Shown one piece after another: positions 1 to 10,364 of a DNA stretch of 64,000 nt. The position numbers and the translations under genes are program-made. The stretch's first letter is position 1; every line of letters begins with the position of its first letter. The notes beneath the pieces were generated by a model. It worked only from the letters and a program-made list of their open reading frames with translations. It ran no database searches and had not been told where the DNA came from. The stretch is from Prosthecobacter sp. (GTDB lineage: Bacteria > Verrucomicrobiota > Verrucomicrobiia > Verrucomicrobiales > Verrucomicrobiaceae), in contig NZ_JAGRPF010000073.1 in assembly GCF_020439865.1 (NCBI RefSeq), forward strand, positions 10,927-74,926, in the 5' to 3' direction.

Positions 1-3000
1 GAGGCGGTGTGGTCAATCTTCTGGGATCCAGCGCCGGAGACAGTACGGTGGAAGGGGTCAATGTCATGGGTGGCTTCCTTGTCATGACCAATTACAACAC
101 GAACCTCAACCGTCGTGTGGGCAATGGCGCCGGTCTTACCCTGGCGGGCGGCACGCTCGTCATGGACGGCAGCGGCGCCTCCTTCACGGAAAACTTTGGC
201 AGCCTCAAGCTCAACCAGGGTGGCAACGCCATCGCCGCTGCGGGCAATGGAGTCACCAGTTTTGGTGCGGTCAGCATCGCCGGTTCGTCCATCACCCGCG
301 CGGCGGCCGGGACCATCCACTTCCAGTCCATCGGCGGCGGCGTGATCAACTTCTCGAATGCGGCGCTTCAGAACGTGGCGCGCATCGGATCCTACGCCAC
401 CTATGGTGCCAATGCGTCTTTCACGGCTTTTGCCTCTGACTGGGCCGCCACCGACGGTTCCGGCAATGTGATCGCCTACACCGGCTACGGGGTCGATTCC
501 TTTGGAGTCGGCGTGCAAACCGACGTCCAGGGCGCTGGTCTCACGGCTGCCACGACGAACTCCGTCCGTTTCAATGACGCTGCCGGAACGATCACGGGTG
601 GCGCGCTCACGCTGAACGACGGCGGCATTCTCATCACCAGCAACTACACCACGGGAACCGTGATCGGAGCCGGGGTGGACGTCACGACGGCAGCCGCTGG
701 CACAGATCTCATCATCCACAACTTTGCATCGGGGGTGGTCAACTTCGACGGCAACATCACCGGGGCACAGAACGTCGTGTTCTCCGGCGTCGGCGAACTC
801 GCGTTTGACTCGCCTAGCAGTGTGAGCAGTTCCTTGGTCAGCAGTACGACTTCCGGAGGTTCGTTCAACGTGACCGTGGACACCACAGGTCTTGTGGCAG
901 GAATGGATGTGACCGGCCTGAATATCGCGGCCGGGACGAAGATCCTCAGCATCACCGACGCCACAACGTTGGTGCTGACAAGAATGGTGACGGGCTCCGG
1001 CACCAACGACCTGACTTACGCTTCGACCACTTACACGCCGACGAACACCTACACGGGTGCCACGCACGTCACCGGCAGCGCGACCGTGTCATTCAACAAT
1101 ACCGGGGTGTTTGCCGCGAGTTCCAGCATCTTCCTCAACGGTGGCACGCTGAACTACTCCGAGGTCGGGGCGTTCAGCGGTTACATCACCCAGAACATCA
1201 CGCTGGGCGGCGGCAACGGCATCATCAATGTGACGGATGCAGGCAGCACGCTGATCTTCCGTGGGAGCACCACCAATCAGTTCTCCTCTGAAGCCAACAA
1301 CATCATCTCCGCCTACGGCACCAACAACCCCAATGCCGGCGGTCTGCAGATCATCGGTTCGGGCACCGTGCAGTTTGGCGATCGCAGCTCCGCCTCCAAC
1401 ACGCAGGACCTGCTTGGTGTGTCCAACAGTTACACCGGCCTCACCATCATCGGTGACGGTGTGAATGCAGTGCGCGTGGACATCCAGGGCCTGGGCAACG
1501 ACAACGCCCAATATTCGGTCTTCGGCACCACCCAGTCCTGGGCGGACGCCACCATCGTGAAGAACAACGCGACGATCGAGTTCTCCATGAGACGCGGTGA
1601 CGGCAGCCGGGACAATCAGATTCGCTTCCGTGAATGGTTCCAGATCGGTGAGCAGGCCGGGGACCAGATCCTGTTTGATGGGAGCACCCAGCGCCAGCCT
1701 ACATTGGATGGCATCCTGAACGTCATTGGAGATCTCACCTTCCAGACCCAGGGCAATCGCTACGGCGATGCAGGCGGCACGGGCAATTCCGAATTCCTCA
1801 TCAATCCGAATGAAGGCGGCATCATGGGTTCCGGCAACATCATCAAGATGGGAGACGGCAACCTGCGTTTCTACAAGCCTCTCCATGAATGGACGGGGGA
1901 CTTGATCCATCAGGATGGCTTCCTTGGCATCCAGATCCTTTCCGGTGCGCTCTTCAATCCGGTCGGCAAGGTCTATTTCGGCGATCCGACCGGCGCACAG
2001 ACCTCGCTGGTGCGTCTGCGCATCGAGAGTCAGTACGTGGGGAACAACACTGTGGGCATTGATTCCGGGAATGTGGATCTCACGTTCAACCGTGACATCA
2101 TCGTCAATGACAACATCCATCAGCAGGTTCAGATCTCCGCCGGTTACCTGCCGAACAGTGCGACGATTCACTTTACCAACAGCATCAACGTGGGCAACGG
2201 CTCCAGCAGCTCGGTGGACTTCTACTACGAGGACAACAACAACCTGGATCCCCTGCTCACCGGCCATGTGCAGCAGACCCTGTTCGACATCAGTGGAGAC
2301 ATCTCAGGTTCGAACAGCATCTATCTGGATGCGAACAACAACGGTGGGAACGCAAAGAACGCTCAGTTGACCGTGTTGTTCAGCGGTGACAACTCCGGCT
2401 ACAGCGGCCTGCTCACCATCGGCAAGGATGCCGGAACGACCGACAACCCGCTGCGCGGAGTGACTCTTCGCCTCGGCAATGGAACCAGCAGCGCCGCTGC
2501 GCTGGGAACGAACATAGCCGTGCGTTTCCGCAACTACGGCGTGCTGCAGCTTGCCGGCAACAGCATGACCTTCACGCGGAATTTCCTCTGGGTCGGCGGA
2601 ATCGGGTCTGTGAGCAGTGGTGCGGGCCTCTACACCTCAGCAGGCATCGAGAATGGCTCGGCCACGGCCGCCATGATCACCTTTGATTCCGGCACACAGA
2701 CAGGAGTGAACTTCCAGGACGTGGGTGTGGGTCTGCGTGATGGAGTGGCCGGTCCGCTTTTCGGCGGCGGCTCTTCGGCGCTGACCGTCGTCAAGATCGG
2801 CACCGGGGACACGGTGTTCGGTGCTGGGACAGGTGGTGACGCTGTCGTGGATGCGTTCAGCAACTACACCGGCAACACGCTGGTGCAGGAAGGCACGCTC
2901 TATGCCGGTTCGAACAACTCCTTCTCGCCCTACTCGCGCTTCATCGTGAGCGACGGGGCGAAGCTCAGCCCGTATTGGGACGAGGCGCTCACCGGTTGGG

Positions 3001-5306
3001 AGGTCACCATCGGTTCTCTTTCGGGAACTTCGGGGGCGGCGCTCAACATTGAAAACTCGAGCTTCAACGTCGGAGGTGACAACACCAGCGGCGCTGATTT
3101 CGCCGGTGTGATCAGCGGCACGGGTGATTTTTACAAGGTCGGCGGTGGGACTCAGACCCTGTCGGGAACCAATACGTTCTCGGGTCAGCTTGCCGTGGTT
3201 CAGGGTGCGCTCGTTGGGGGTAACAACGATGCGTTTGGAGATGTGACGAACACCATTTATCTCGGCGGCGCCCCCTTTGTGGGCCTCAACCCTTTGGATG
3301 CCAAGGTGGAGTTGCTGCTCTCCGGCACCGCCACGGCGGTGGCGAACCCTGTTGTCATGAATGCCTTCGACGGCAATGACGAGGGCGTCACGGTGATCGG
3401 CACCCGGCAGACGAGCGGCACCTACGGTTTCACCACAGGCGCCACGGTGGATCTCTATCAGGACATTGCCACCAACGTGTTCTTCGAAGCCGACGGCACT
3501 TCGGTGGTTCAGTTCGGTGACGCGGTGAGAGAAGGTGGCAGTGCAGCTGCCACCTCGCTGATCAAGATCGGCAGCGGCACCGTCGAACTGCAGGTCGCCA
3601 ACGACTATTTCAGCAGTGGCTCCTCCATCGCAGGAGCGGGCATCGACGGTGGCACGGTTATTCGTCACGGCACCTTGAGCGTGTTTAACGACAGCTCGCT
3701 TTCTTCGACTGTAGTGGAACTGGGTGACACCCGCTACGAACTGGCGGACGCCTATGTGGCGACGACCGCTTCTCTTCTCTTCCAGAGCAGCACCGGCAGC
3801 TTTGATGCCGCCAGCGACGGCGCCGGTGGCGCAGGCAATGGCGCCTTCCTGAATGTCGCCGCGCTGGTGGACGGCGTGACGCTCACCGCGGCGGATGTCG
3901 GCAAGCGCATCCTGGTGAAGAACGAAAGCACCAATCCAGAGTACAACGGCGTCTATGAGGTGGTGAGCGTGGATGACAGCTGCGCCCAGATGAATCTGGT
4001 GCGTGTGTCCGACTATGACGAAACGACCGAAATGCTCTATGGCAGCAGCATTGCCGTCACCAACGGCACGTCCCAGGCCGGCATGCAGTTCTTCCAGGCG
4101 TCGGCGAACGTGGACATCGTCAACAACGCCGTTTATGACCCGGTGCACTGGCTGGTGGATGTGCCGAATGCTGACGTGGCCCTGCTGGCCGCCAACAGCG
4201 GCATGACCATCTTCAATGACATCGACGTCAATGATACCAATGGCACCGGCAGCACCATCCTTGGCGGCACCTTCACCACGGGGTCGTCGGAGTTCTCAGG
4301 AAACATCACCCTGCAGCACATCGATGGCGTGGACAACGTCCGTGAGTTGATCTTCTCCTCGGCTTCGAATGACACGGGCGGTGTCAACGTCACCGGCGTC
4401 GTCTCCGAAGCCCAGGGCGGTGACACGCTCAGTGTGAACAAGCAGGGTGCAGGCACGGTGACGTTTGCCAGCGACAACACTTACACTGGCAAGACCACGG
4501 TCACCGAAGGAACACTGGCTCTTACGGGGCTGGGAAATGTTTCGGCCACTTCATGGATTGAGGTCAACACCGGAGCCACGTTTGATTTCTCCGGAACCGG
4601 CAGTGACTTCACCTACGATGGAACGATGAGCGGCTCTGGGACCGTGGTGACGGATGTGACGACCAGGCTGGTCGTGGGCACGGACGGCGGTGCAGGTGTC
4701 CTGCGTGTCGGCATGTCTTCCGATCCGACCAATGTTGGCACTGCTGGCGACGGCATTGGTGTCCTGACGGTGAACGGCAACCTGGTGCTCGCAGGTGACA
4801 CCACGGGTGCGGACCGTCTTACCCTTCAGATGGGAGCCACCAACGGCGCGGACTTCAATGATGCCGCCAACATCGCTGCGCATCTCGGTGCCGGAAACTT
4901 CAACACCTGGATCCTCACCCAGGGAACCACCTATGATGCCTACAATTCCGGCAATCATGATCGCCTCGTGGTCACCGGTGAAGCGACTTTGAACCCTGGT
5001 GGCTACGTCCGTTTCACGAGCTCTGTCAGTGATTATCAGCCGGTGGTGGGAGATGTGTTCAATCTGATCGACTGGGCCACGGTCACCGACAACGGTTTTG
5101 ATGTCGGCAACGGCGGTTCCTTCCGCTCCGGCGGCCTTCTGGGAGATCTCGAACTGCCCGATCTGAGTCTCTCAGGCCTCTTCTTTGACACGAGCTTGTT
5201 CACCTCATACGGCATTGTCGTGGTGGTGCCAGAGCCCGGCCGCATGTCGCTGCTTCTGAGCGGACTGATGCTGCTGTTCTTCCGCCGCCGCCGTCCGCGT
5301 AACTGA
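1..5306 (+). CDS. Giant passenger-associated-transport-repeat (autotransporter beta-strand repeat) protein with C-terminal PEP-CTERM sorting signal; 5' end lies outside the window
   Basis: The frame is open from the window edge (GGC GGT GTG...). It has several PATR-like repeats (e.g. YKVGGGTQTLSGTNTFSG, NKQGAGTVTFASDNTYTGKTTVTEGTL) and is G/T/N/S-rich. It ends VPEPGRMSLLLSGLMLLFFRRRRPRN (PEP, TM helix, Arg cluster) with no autotransporter beta-barrel. Confidence 0.92.
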   Translation, partial: GGVVNLLGSSAGDSTVEGVNVMGGFLVMTNYNTNLNRRVGNGAGLTLAGGTLVMDGSGASFTENFGSLKLNQGGNAIAAAGNGVTSFGAVSIAGSSITRAAAGTIHFQSIGGGVINFSNAALQNVARIGSYATYGANASFTAFASDWAATDGSGNVIAYTGYGVDSFGVGVQTDVQGAGLTAATTNSVRFNDAAGTITGGALTLNDGGILITSNYTTGTVIGAGVDVTTAAAGTDLIIHNFASGVVNFDGNITGAQNVVFSGVGELAFDSPSSVSSSLVSSTTSGGSFNVTVDTTGLVAGMDVTGLNIAAGTKILSITDATTLVLTRMVTGSGTNDLTYASTTYTPTNTYTGATHVTGSATVSFNNTGVFAASSSIFLNGGTLNYSEVGAFSGYITQNITLGGGNGIINVTDAGSTLIFRGSTTNQFSSEANNIISAYGTNNPNAGGLQIIGSGTVQFGDRSSASNTQDLLGVSNSYTGLTIIGDGVNAVRVDIQGLGNDNAQYSVFGTTQSWADATIVKNNATIEFSMRRGDGSRDNQIRFREWFQIGEQAGDQILFDGSTQRQPTLDGILNVIGDLTFQTQGNRYGDAGGTGNSEFLINPNEGGIMGSGNIIKMGDGNLRFYKPLHEWTGDLIHQDGFLGIQILSGALFNPVGKVYFGDPTGAQTSLVRLRIESQYVGNNTVGIDSGNVDLTFNRDIIVNDNIHQQVQISAGYLPNSATIHFTNSINVGNGSSSSVDFYYEDNNNLDPLLTGHVQQTLFDISGDISGSNSIYLDANNNGGNAKNAQLTVLFSGDNSGYSGLLTIGKDAGTTDNPLRGVTLRLGNGTSSAAALGTNIAVRFRNYGVLQLAGNSMTFTRNFLWVGGIGSVSSGAGLYTSAGIENGSATAAMITFDSGTQTGVNFQDVGVGLRDGVAGPLFGGGSSALTVVKIGTGDTVFGAGTGGDAVVDAFSNYTGNTLVQEGTLYAGSNNSFSPYSRFIVSDGAKLSPYWDEALTGWEVTIGSLSGTSGAALNIENSSFNVGGDNTSGADFAGVISGTGDFYKVGGGTQTLSGTNTFSGQLAVVQGALVGGNNDAFGDVTNTIYLGGAPFVGLNPLDAKVELLLSGTATAVANPVVMNAFDGNDEGVTVIGTRQTSGTYGFTTGATVDLYQDIATNVFFEADGTSVVQFGDAVREGGSAAATSLIKIGSGTVELQVANDYFSSGSSIAGAGIDGGTVIRHGTLSVFNDSSLSSTVVELGDTRYELADAYVATTASLLFQSSTGSFDAASDGAGGAGNGAFLNVAALVDGVTLTAADVGKRILVKNESTNPEYNGVYEVVSVDDSCAQMNLVRVSDYDETTEMLYGSSIAVTNGTSQAGMQFFQASANVDIVNNAVYDPVHWLVDVPNADVALLAANSGMTIFNDIDVNDTNGTGSTILGGTFTTGSSEFSGNITLQHIDGVDNVRELIFSSASNDTGGVNVTGVVSEAQGGDTLSVNKQGAGTVTFASDNTYTGKTTVTEGTLALTGLGNVSATSWIEVNTGATFDFSGTGSDFTYDGTMSGSGTVVTDVTTRLVVGTDGGAGVLRVGMSSDPTNVGTAGDGIGVLTVNGNLVLAGDTTGADRLTLQMGATNGADFNDAANIAAHLGAGNFNTWILTQGTTYDAYNSGNHDRLVVTGEATLNPGGYVRFTSSVSDYQPVVGDVFNLIDWATVTDNGFDVGNGGSFRSGGLLGDLELPDLSLSGLFFDTSLFTSYGIVVVVPEPGRMSLLLSGLMLLFFRRRRPRN

Positions 5307-5313
5307 TCGGACT

Positions 5314-5359
5314 GGTGCCTGACATGAATCCCATGTCACGGCACCTGGATCAGTTTTTT
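5314..5359 (+). terminator. Probable intrinsic terminator after the PEP-CTERM gene
   Basis: Hairpin GGTGCC-TGACATG/CATGTCA-C-GGCACC starts 7 nt after the stop; a T6 run follows a few nt downstream. Confidence 0.55.
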
Positions 5360-5377
5360 CTCACCACATCGGAGTTT

Positions 5378-5407
5378 CTGCGAACGCATTGAATCGTGCG
5401 TTCGCAG
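5378..5407. repeat. Perfect 11-bp inverted repeat in the 495-bp spacer before the Verru_Chthon cassette
   Basis: CTGCGAACGCA-N8-TGCGTTCGCAG, with no U-tract. Confidence 0.6.
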
Positions 5408-5801
5408 TCGTGATGATCCACGAACTTGTTCGAGGACGGGAGTGAAGCGATCGTCTGTTGTTACTTCGTAAAAGCAGGAATGGTCCCTCTTGGAAGAACG
5501 ATCGTGTGTCATGGATGTCAGACGCACTCCACTGGTTGTATGGAAATGCTTTGCCGCAGATTTGCTTCATGTGGCTGGCAAATGGCTGGTGTTAGTTGTG
5601 TTCCTCCAGCGGTTTCGAATTTGCGTGGGAGAATAAGCAAAAGCTGCACAGTTAGGTAGGTCCATGGTGTGATCACGGATGAGTTCATCGCGCACACATG
5701 CGCCAACCACGGCCTCATGGTTAAAAGAGCGCCCATCAGGCAAAATCGTTTCAAACCAAGGAACTGCACACGGCAGTGCTTTCAGCCCAATCAGTCATGT
5801 T

Positions 5802-8800
5802 ATGAATACATCATCCATACAAAGTAAATCATTGAAGCGCGGATTCCGGTCGCTCGGTAACCTGTTGCGTCGTCGTCGTGCGGTTGCGCTGATTACAGTG
5901 CTCAGTGTGCTGGCACTGACACTGGTGCTGCTCACCGCATTGTTAAGCGCCACGCGTGTCGAGTACAATTCCACCGTGGCACAGGTCGAAGGCGCCAAGG
6001 CACGATTGCACGCTGACTCGGTGATCAATCTGGCCATCGGTCAGATTCAGCGTGGCACCCATCAGGATGACTCCGCAACTGGTCGCGAAATATGGGCTTC
6101 GCAGCCGGGCATGATCCGGCAATACAAGGAGGACGGAACGCTGCTCCGTGGGCTCAAGCTGTATTCTGATGGAAAGATGGTGGCCACGACCGAGGCCGAA
6201 ATCGTCGCTGATACGCCTCCAACCGATTGGGACAAACAAACCGCGCAGTACGTGGACCTCAACGAGCCCGTCGTTCGGATGAACCCCACCGATCCCAGTG
6301 GTACTCCGCGGTTGTATTTCCCGATCATAGATCCGCGTGCCTATTCGACCACGTCCACCCGTTCGGTGGAAGGCTTCACCTATTCTCAGTATGCCAACGG
6401 CACCTCCGGCCAGGCTTTGGACGGCGTGGTGGGGCCGTCGAGCGGCACTGATGGTGAGAGCAAGCAACGTCTGCCGATGCCGGTGGAGTGGCTGTACATG
6501 CTCAAGGACGGCACGTTGGGACATCTCGACTCCACGGGAAAATTTGTTGGGGGTGGTGGGCAGGAAGCCACACGGGAGAATCCGATGATATCCCGTGTGG
6601 CCTTCTGGACCGACGATGAGTCCACGAAGATCAACATCAACACGGCAGGGGAGGGGACACCATGGGATACGCCACGCCTGTTCCATGAGCGTGATGGCGA
6701 GTGGGCGCGGTTCCAGCCGATGGCTTATGAGTATCAGCGCTATCCAGGACATCCCGCCACGGTCTGCATGAGCACCGTGTTGTTTCCCGGTCAGAACATG
6801 AATCCGCTGACCTCGGACACATCCGGGTTCGCCCAGGCGCTGAAGTACAAGGAGGCGATCTATGATCTCATGCCGAAAATCTTGCCGGGAGGCTCCAAGG
6901 CGGGATCGGTGCTGGTTCCGGTGAACCGCAACTTCTCCCCAACCAACTTCAGCGAGGTGCAGAAGGCGCTCGGAGAACGCCTGTTCCCCAGCGCGGACGA
7001 GTTTCTGCTGCGCTCCGCCGTGCAGAGCGATGGTGAGCGTACTGAAATCAATCTGGGAACCACTCAGATATGGGCGGGGCTTGAAAACCACGACGTGGTG
7101 GAACGCCTTCGGTCGTTTTTGACACCTCGCAGCCGTTCATCGGATCTGAACCCCTTTGGCTACCCGAAGATCTCCATGTGGCCGGTGCATCGCACCAACA
7201 CAACGCAGTACCGCACCGTCTTTGACAACGCTATCGTGAAATGCTCGCAGTTGGCAGGAAAGGACTACTTCTTCACCCGTCAGGACTGCACCAGCCAGAC
7301 GGAGCTGACCACCATCACGCGCAACAGGCAGCTCTTCGATTATCTCATGACATTGACGGGGACGCCCATTCCGGGCTTCGGAGCATCTGGTGCATCCTTT
7401 CTCAAAAAATACGGTGACAACCGGCAGCAGATTCTCGTCGAGATCTTCGACTACATTCGCAGCACCAACTTGTACGATGACAACATCGCCGCGCAGAATG
7501 TCGGCACGGATCCGAGCATCAAAGGCCTGCCGGATTCGCGGCTCGTTTCCAAATCATCCGGAATGGCATCAAAGACCTTCACGCCGATGCGCAACTCCAC
7601 CGGCGGCAGTTATCCGGGACACGGGCAGGTCATGCCCACGGTGATGCCGAAGGGCAAGGGCGAGATCTACCGCGGCATGGGCCGGTTCCTGACCATCAGC
7701 GAAGTCGGGCTTCACTTCATCTGCTGCGCGCAGGGAACCACAAAGGCCGGAGGCCTCTCCTCTCCCAAGATCGACCCCAAAGGACCTGCACCGAACGGCT
7801 ACACGCCTCCCCGGTGGCGCGGTGGTGAATGGGGCAACTACAACAACTGGTACTCGAATTTTCCCCCTCTGAGCACCACCAATCAGGATCCGAAAAACGG
7901 CTTCTACAAGAACCTGTATCCCGCCGCCCATCAGCTCGAAGGCTACGCCGGTGATGATCCCAAGCACCCAGGCTACAACCCGATGAACTGGAACTGGACC
8001 TTGGACAAGGACACTCCGCTGACAGACAACGTGAAACGGGTCCAGGCCACCTTCCTGCTCGAATGGTTCAGCCCTTCCACGGGATGGACGCTCATCAATC
8101 CAGACATCGCCATCGAAGTGGATGCGAGTTCGCTGATGATCGGCGGCAAAAAGATGTTCCCTGTCAATGGAGGCAAGACGCTCATCCGCCCGTTCAAGCA
8201 CATGAGCAGCGCCAACGGCGTGTATCAGCGAGGCGGCACCATTTCCTACCGCGCATTCCTGCAGGAGCGCAAGCTGCCCGCCGTCGCGAAGGGCGTGAAT
8301 GGCTATACATCGGGAAGCATCCTCTTCGACGACACCAACATTCCCGCGAATAACTCCCAGGTGCCTTACAAAGGAGGCATCAGCTACGCCAGTTACGCGA
8401 CCAAGTCGGGTGAGCTGAGGCAATGCAACCAGTACAATCTTGTCAGTGACTTCCTGGACATTCCCGGTGGTGATGCAGGTAAGATCCCTTTCGGTGGTGG
8501 CACGGTGGTGGTGAAGATCCTGTCGAACGACGCCTCGCCCCAGGTGCTGCAGACTTTCAACTTCAGTTTTCCGCAAGGCCAGTTTCCTTCGCCCATCCTC
8601 GCACAGAAGGATGAGGACACGCGCTGGAGTCAGAATGCTGACGGCAGCTGGCATATCTGGCAGCCTGTGCCAGCGCCCTACTGGTGGTCATTCCATTCGG
8701 ACGGAGCGCTGGGCCGGGACAAGACGGGCAAGATCACCACGGCGGCGGCCATCCCCTCCACCCGCATGGGCGGCAGGTTCCGTTACGTCGGCAACGAAAT

Positions 8801-10343
8801 GGGCAACTACGACAACAACTTCTTTTACCGGGGCAACCTGGCTCTGAATATCGACACCATTCAGTCGCTGGTGCTAAGGCATGGCGATCCGCGTCTGACA
8901 ATGGGCCAGTTTGTGGTGCCGGCCACGGAGTTCGAACAACATCGTCTTTATGGGAAACAGCGCATGGCGCACAACCTCGTGCTGCTGAACTGGAGTGAAG
9001 GCCCTGGACTCGATCGAGGTGAGGACAAGAAGGGCTGGCGCCTCGTCAAAAATGCAAACTACCACAACGCTTTCCTGCCCGACCATCCTTACTCGGCCGC
9101 CTGTGGTGCCGGATTGCAGAAGTATGGCGACTTTGATCGTGGGATCGCCAATCAGACCGACGGTGCCTACATCAACAAACCGGACGAAGGCAACACCTAC
9201 AGCGTCATCAGCAGTTCGACCGGTGAGCAGCTGGTTCCGTACTTCACGAATCCTTGGATCACCTGGATCGGAGGGGCCACCTACTTCTCACCGAACCGGC
9301 AGGTGGCCTCACCGGGCATGTTTGGCTCGTTGCCCACCGGCGTCCATCAGGCCGGTGGTTCAGGCGGCCAGAAGCGCGAACCATGGCGCACGCTGCTGTT
9401 CCGTCCCCAAACATGGAGCACCAAGCAAGGGCTGCAGCCGCATATCGGCGCGCCCAAGGTGCTGAATGGCTACGGTAAGAGTGGTCTGCCCATTCGAGGC
9501 ATCGATCCGCCCGACTATCTGTTCATGGACTTCTTCTGGATGCCCGTGGTGGAGCCTTATGTCATCAGCCAGCCAGGATCCACGGCAGGCAAGATCAACA
9601 TGAACTACCAGATGGCGCCGTTCCGCCATATCCGCCGTGCCACAGGCCTGGCGGCCGTGATGAAGAGCGAGCTTCTCAGTGCCGTTCCGGTCAGCGATGC
9701 CAACTTCTACCTGCGGCGTCCTGGTGGTGCGCCGTCTGGCAAAGGCCAGACGTGGTTCTGGAAAGACGACACCAGTTCGTCGGGGAAAAAATACTGGCAC
9801 CGCCAGATCGACGTCGATGCGACGCTGAAGCTCTTCGACGAACGCTTCAACTCTGGCTTTGCCTTCATCTCCCCTGCGCAGATCTGTGAAATGTACCTCC
9901 TGCCAAAGAAGGCAAACAGCTCGGACACTCTCGTGCCACCCTCGTGGCCGACGACCATCAGCGGCCTGCTCAAAACCGGCAGCAGCAGCATCCTGACGTT
10001 CTGGGAAAACCACGCGGCCACGGCTGAAAATCTCAAAGAGCGCCCTTACACCAACATGTATCCGCGTCTCACCACGCGCTCAAACACCTACCAGATCCAC
10101 ATGCGCATTCAGACGATCAAGAAGGCGCGTTCATCCGATCCGACGAAGTTTGTCGTTGGAAAAGACACCGTAGGTTCCGAGTACCGCGGCTCTGCGGTGA
10201 TCGAGCGCTATCTGGATCTGAACGATCCAGCCTTGGATACGACAGCCAAACTTGATTACGCGTCCGGCAGCCCGCTTTCGAAGCAGTCGATGGAGGAGTT
10301 GCACCGCTTCCGTGTCATCGCGCAAAAGCGCTTTGATCCTTGA
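5802..10343 (+). CDS. Verru_Chthon cassette protein A (PilX/GspK-like N-terminus, about 1513 aa)
   Basis: Basic leader then RRRRA|VALITVLSVLALTLVLLTALL (prepilin-like helix without Glu5). Family-type motifs include WASQPG, RVAFWTDDE..KININTA, KYGDFD.G, YINKPDEG and GSEYRGS..IERY.D. First gene of the four-gene cassette; start moved to the ATG at 5802. Confidence 0.88.
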   Translation: MNTSSIQSKSLKRGFRSLGNLLRRRRAVALITVLSVLALTLVLLTALLSATRVEYNSTVAQVEGAKARLHADSVINLAIGQIQRGTHQDDSATGREIWASQPGMIRQYKEDGTLLRGLKLYSDGKMVATTEAEIVADTPPTDWDKQTAQYVDLNEPVVRMNPTDPSGTPRLYFPIIDPRAYSTTSTRSVEGFTYSQYANGTSGQALDGVVGPSSGTDGESKQRLPMPVEWLYMLKDGTLGHLDSTGKFVGGGGQEATRENPMISRVAFWTDDESTKININTAGEGTPWDTPRLFHERDGEWARFQPMAYEYQRYPGHPATVCMSTVLFPGQNMNPLTSDTSGFAQALKYKEAIYDLMPKILPGGSKAGSVLVPVNRNFSPTNFSEVQKALGERLFPSADEFLLRSAVQSDGERTEINLGTTQIWAGLENHDVVERLRSFLTPRSRSSDLNPFGYPKISMWPVHRTNTTQYRTVFDNAIVKCSQLAGKDYFFTRQDCTSQTELTTITRNRQLFDYLMTLTGTPIPGFGASGASFLKKYGDNRQQILVEIFDYIRSTNLYDDNIAAQNVGTDPSIKGLPDSRLVSKSSGMASKTFTPMRNSTGGSYPGHGQVMPTVMPKGKGEIYRGMGRFLTISEVGLHFICCAQGTTKAGGLSSPKIDPKGPAPNGYTPPRWRGGEWGNYNNWYSNFPPLSTTNQDPKNGFYKNLYPAAHQLEGYAGDDPKHPGYNPMNWNWTLDKDTPLTDNVKRVQATFLLEWFSPSTGWTLINPDIAIEVDASSLMIGGKKMFPVNGGKTLIRPFKHMSSANGVYQRGGTISYRAFLQERKLPAVAKGVNGYTSGSILFDDTNIPANNSQVPYKGGISYASYATKSGELRQCNQYNLVSDFLDIPGGDAGKIPFGGGTVVVKILSNDASPQVLQTFNFSFPQGQFPSPILAQKDEDTRWSQNADGSWHIWQPVPAPYWWSFHSDGALGRDKTGKITTAAAIPSTRMGGRFRYVGNEMGNYDNNFFYRGNLALNIDTIQSLVLRHGDPRLTMGQFVVPATEFEQHRLYGKQRMAHNLVLLNWSEGPGLDRGEDKKGWRLVKNANYHNAFLPDHPYSAACGAGLQKYGDFDRGIANQTDGAYINKPDEGNTYSVISSSTGEQLVPYFTNPWITWIGGATYFSPNRQVASPGMFGSLPTGVHQAGGSGGQKREPWRTLLFRPQTWSTKQGLQPHIGAPKVLNGYGKSGLPIRGIDPPDYLFMDFFWMPVVEPYVISQPGSTAGKINMNYQMAPFRHIRRATGLAAVMKSELLSAVPVSDANFYLRRPGGAPSGKGQTWFWKDDTSSSGKKYWHRQIDVDATLKLFDERFNSGFAFISPAQICEMYLLPKKANSSDTLVPPSWPTTISGLLKTGSSSILTFWENHAATAENLKERPYTNMYPRLTTRSNTYQIHMRIQTIKKARSSDPTKFVVGKDTVGSEYRGSAVIERYLDLNDPALDTTAKLDYASGSPLSKQSMEELHRFRVIAQKRFDP

Positions 10344-10364
10344 TTGTCCAGACACTTCATCCCT

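Noticed and set aside
5760-5790. ECF-sigma-like GGAACT...TCAG motif upstream of cassette gene A
   Set aside because: Too short and degenerate to distinguish from chance without TSS data.
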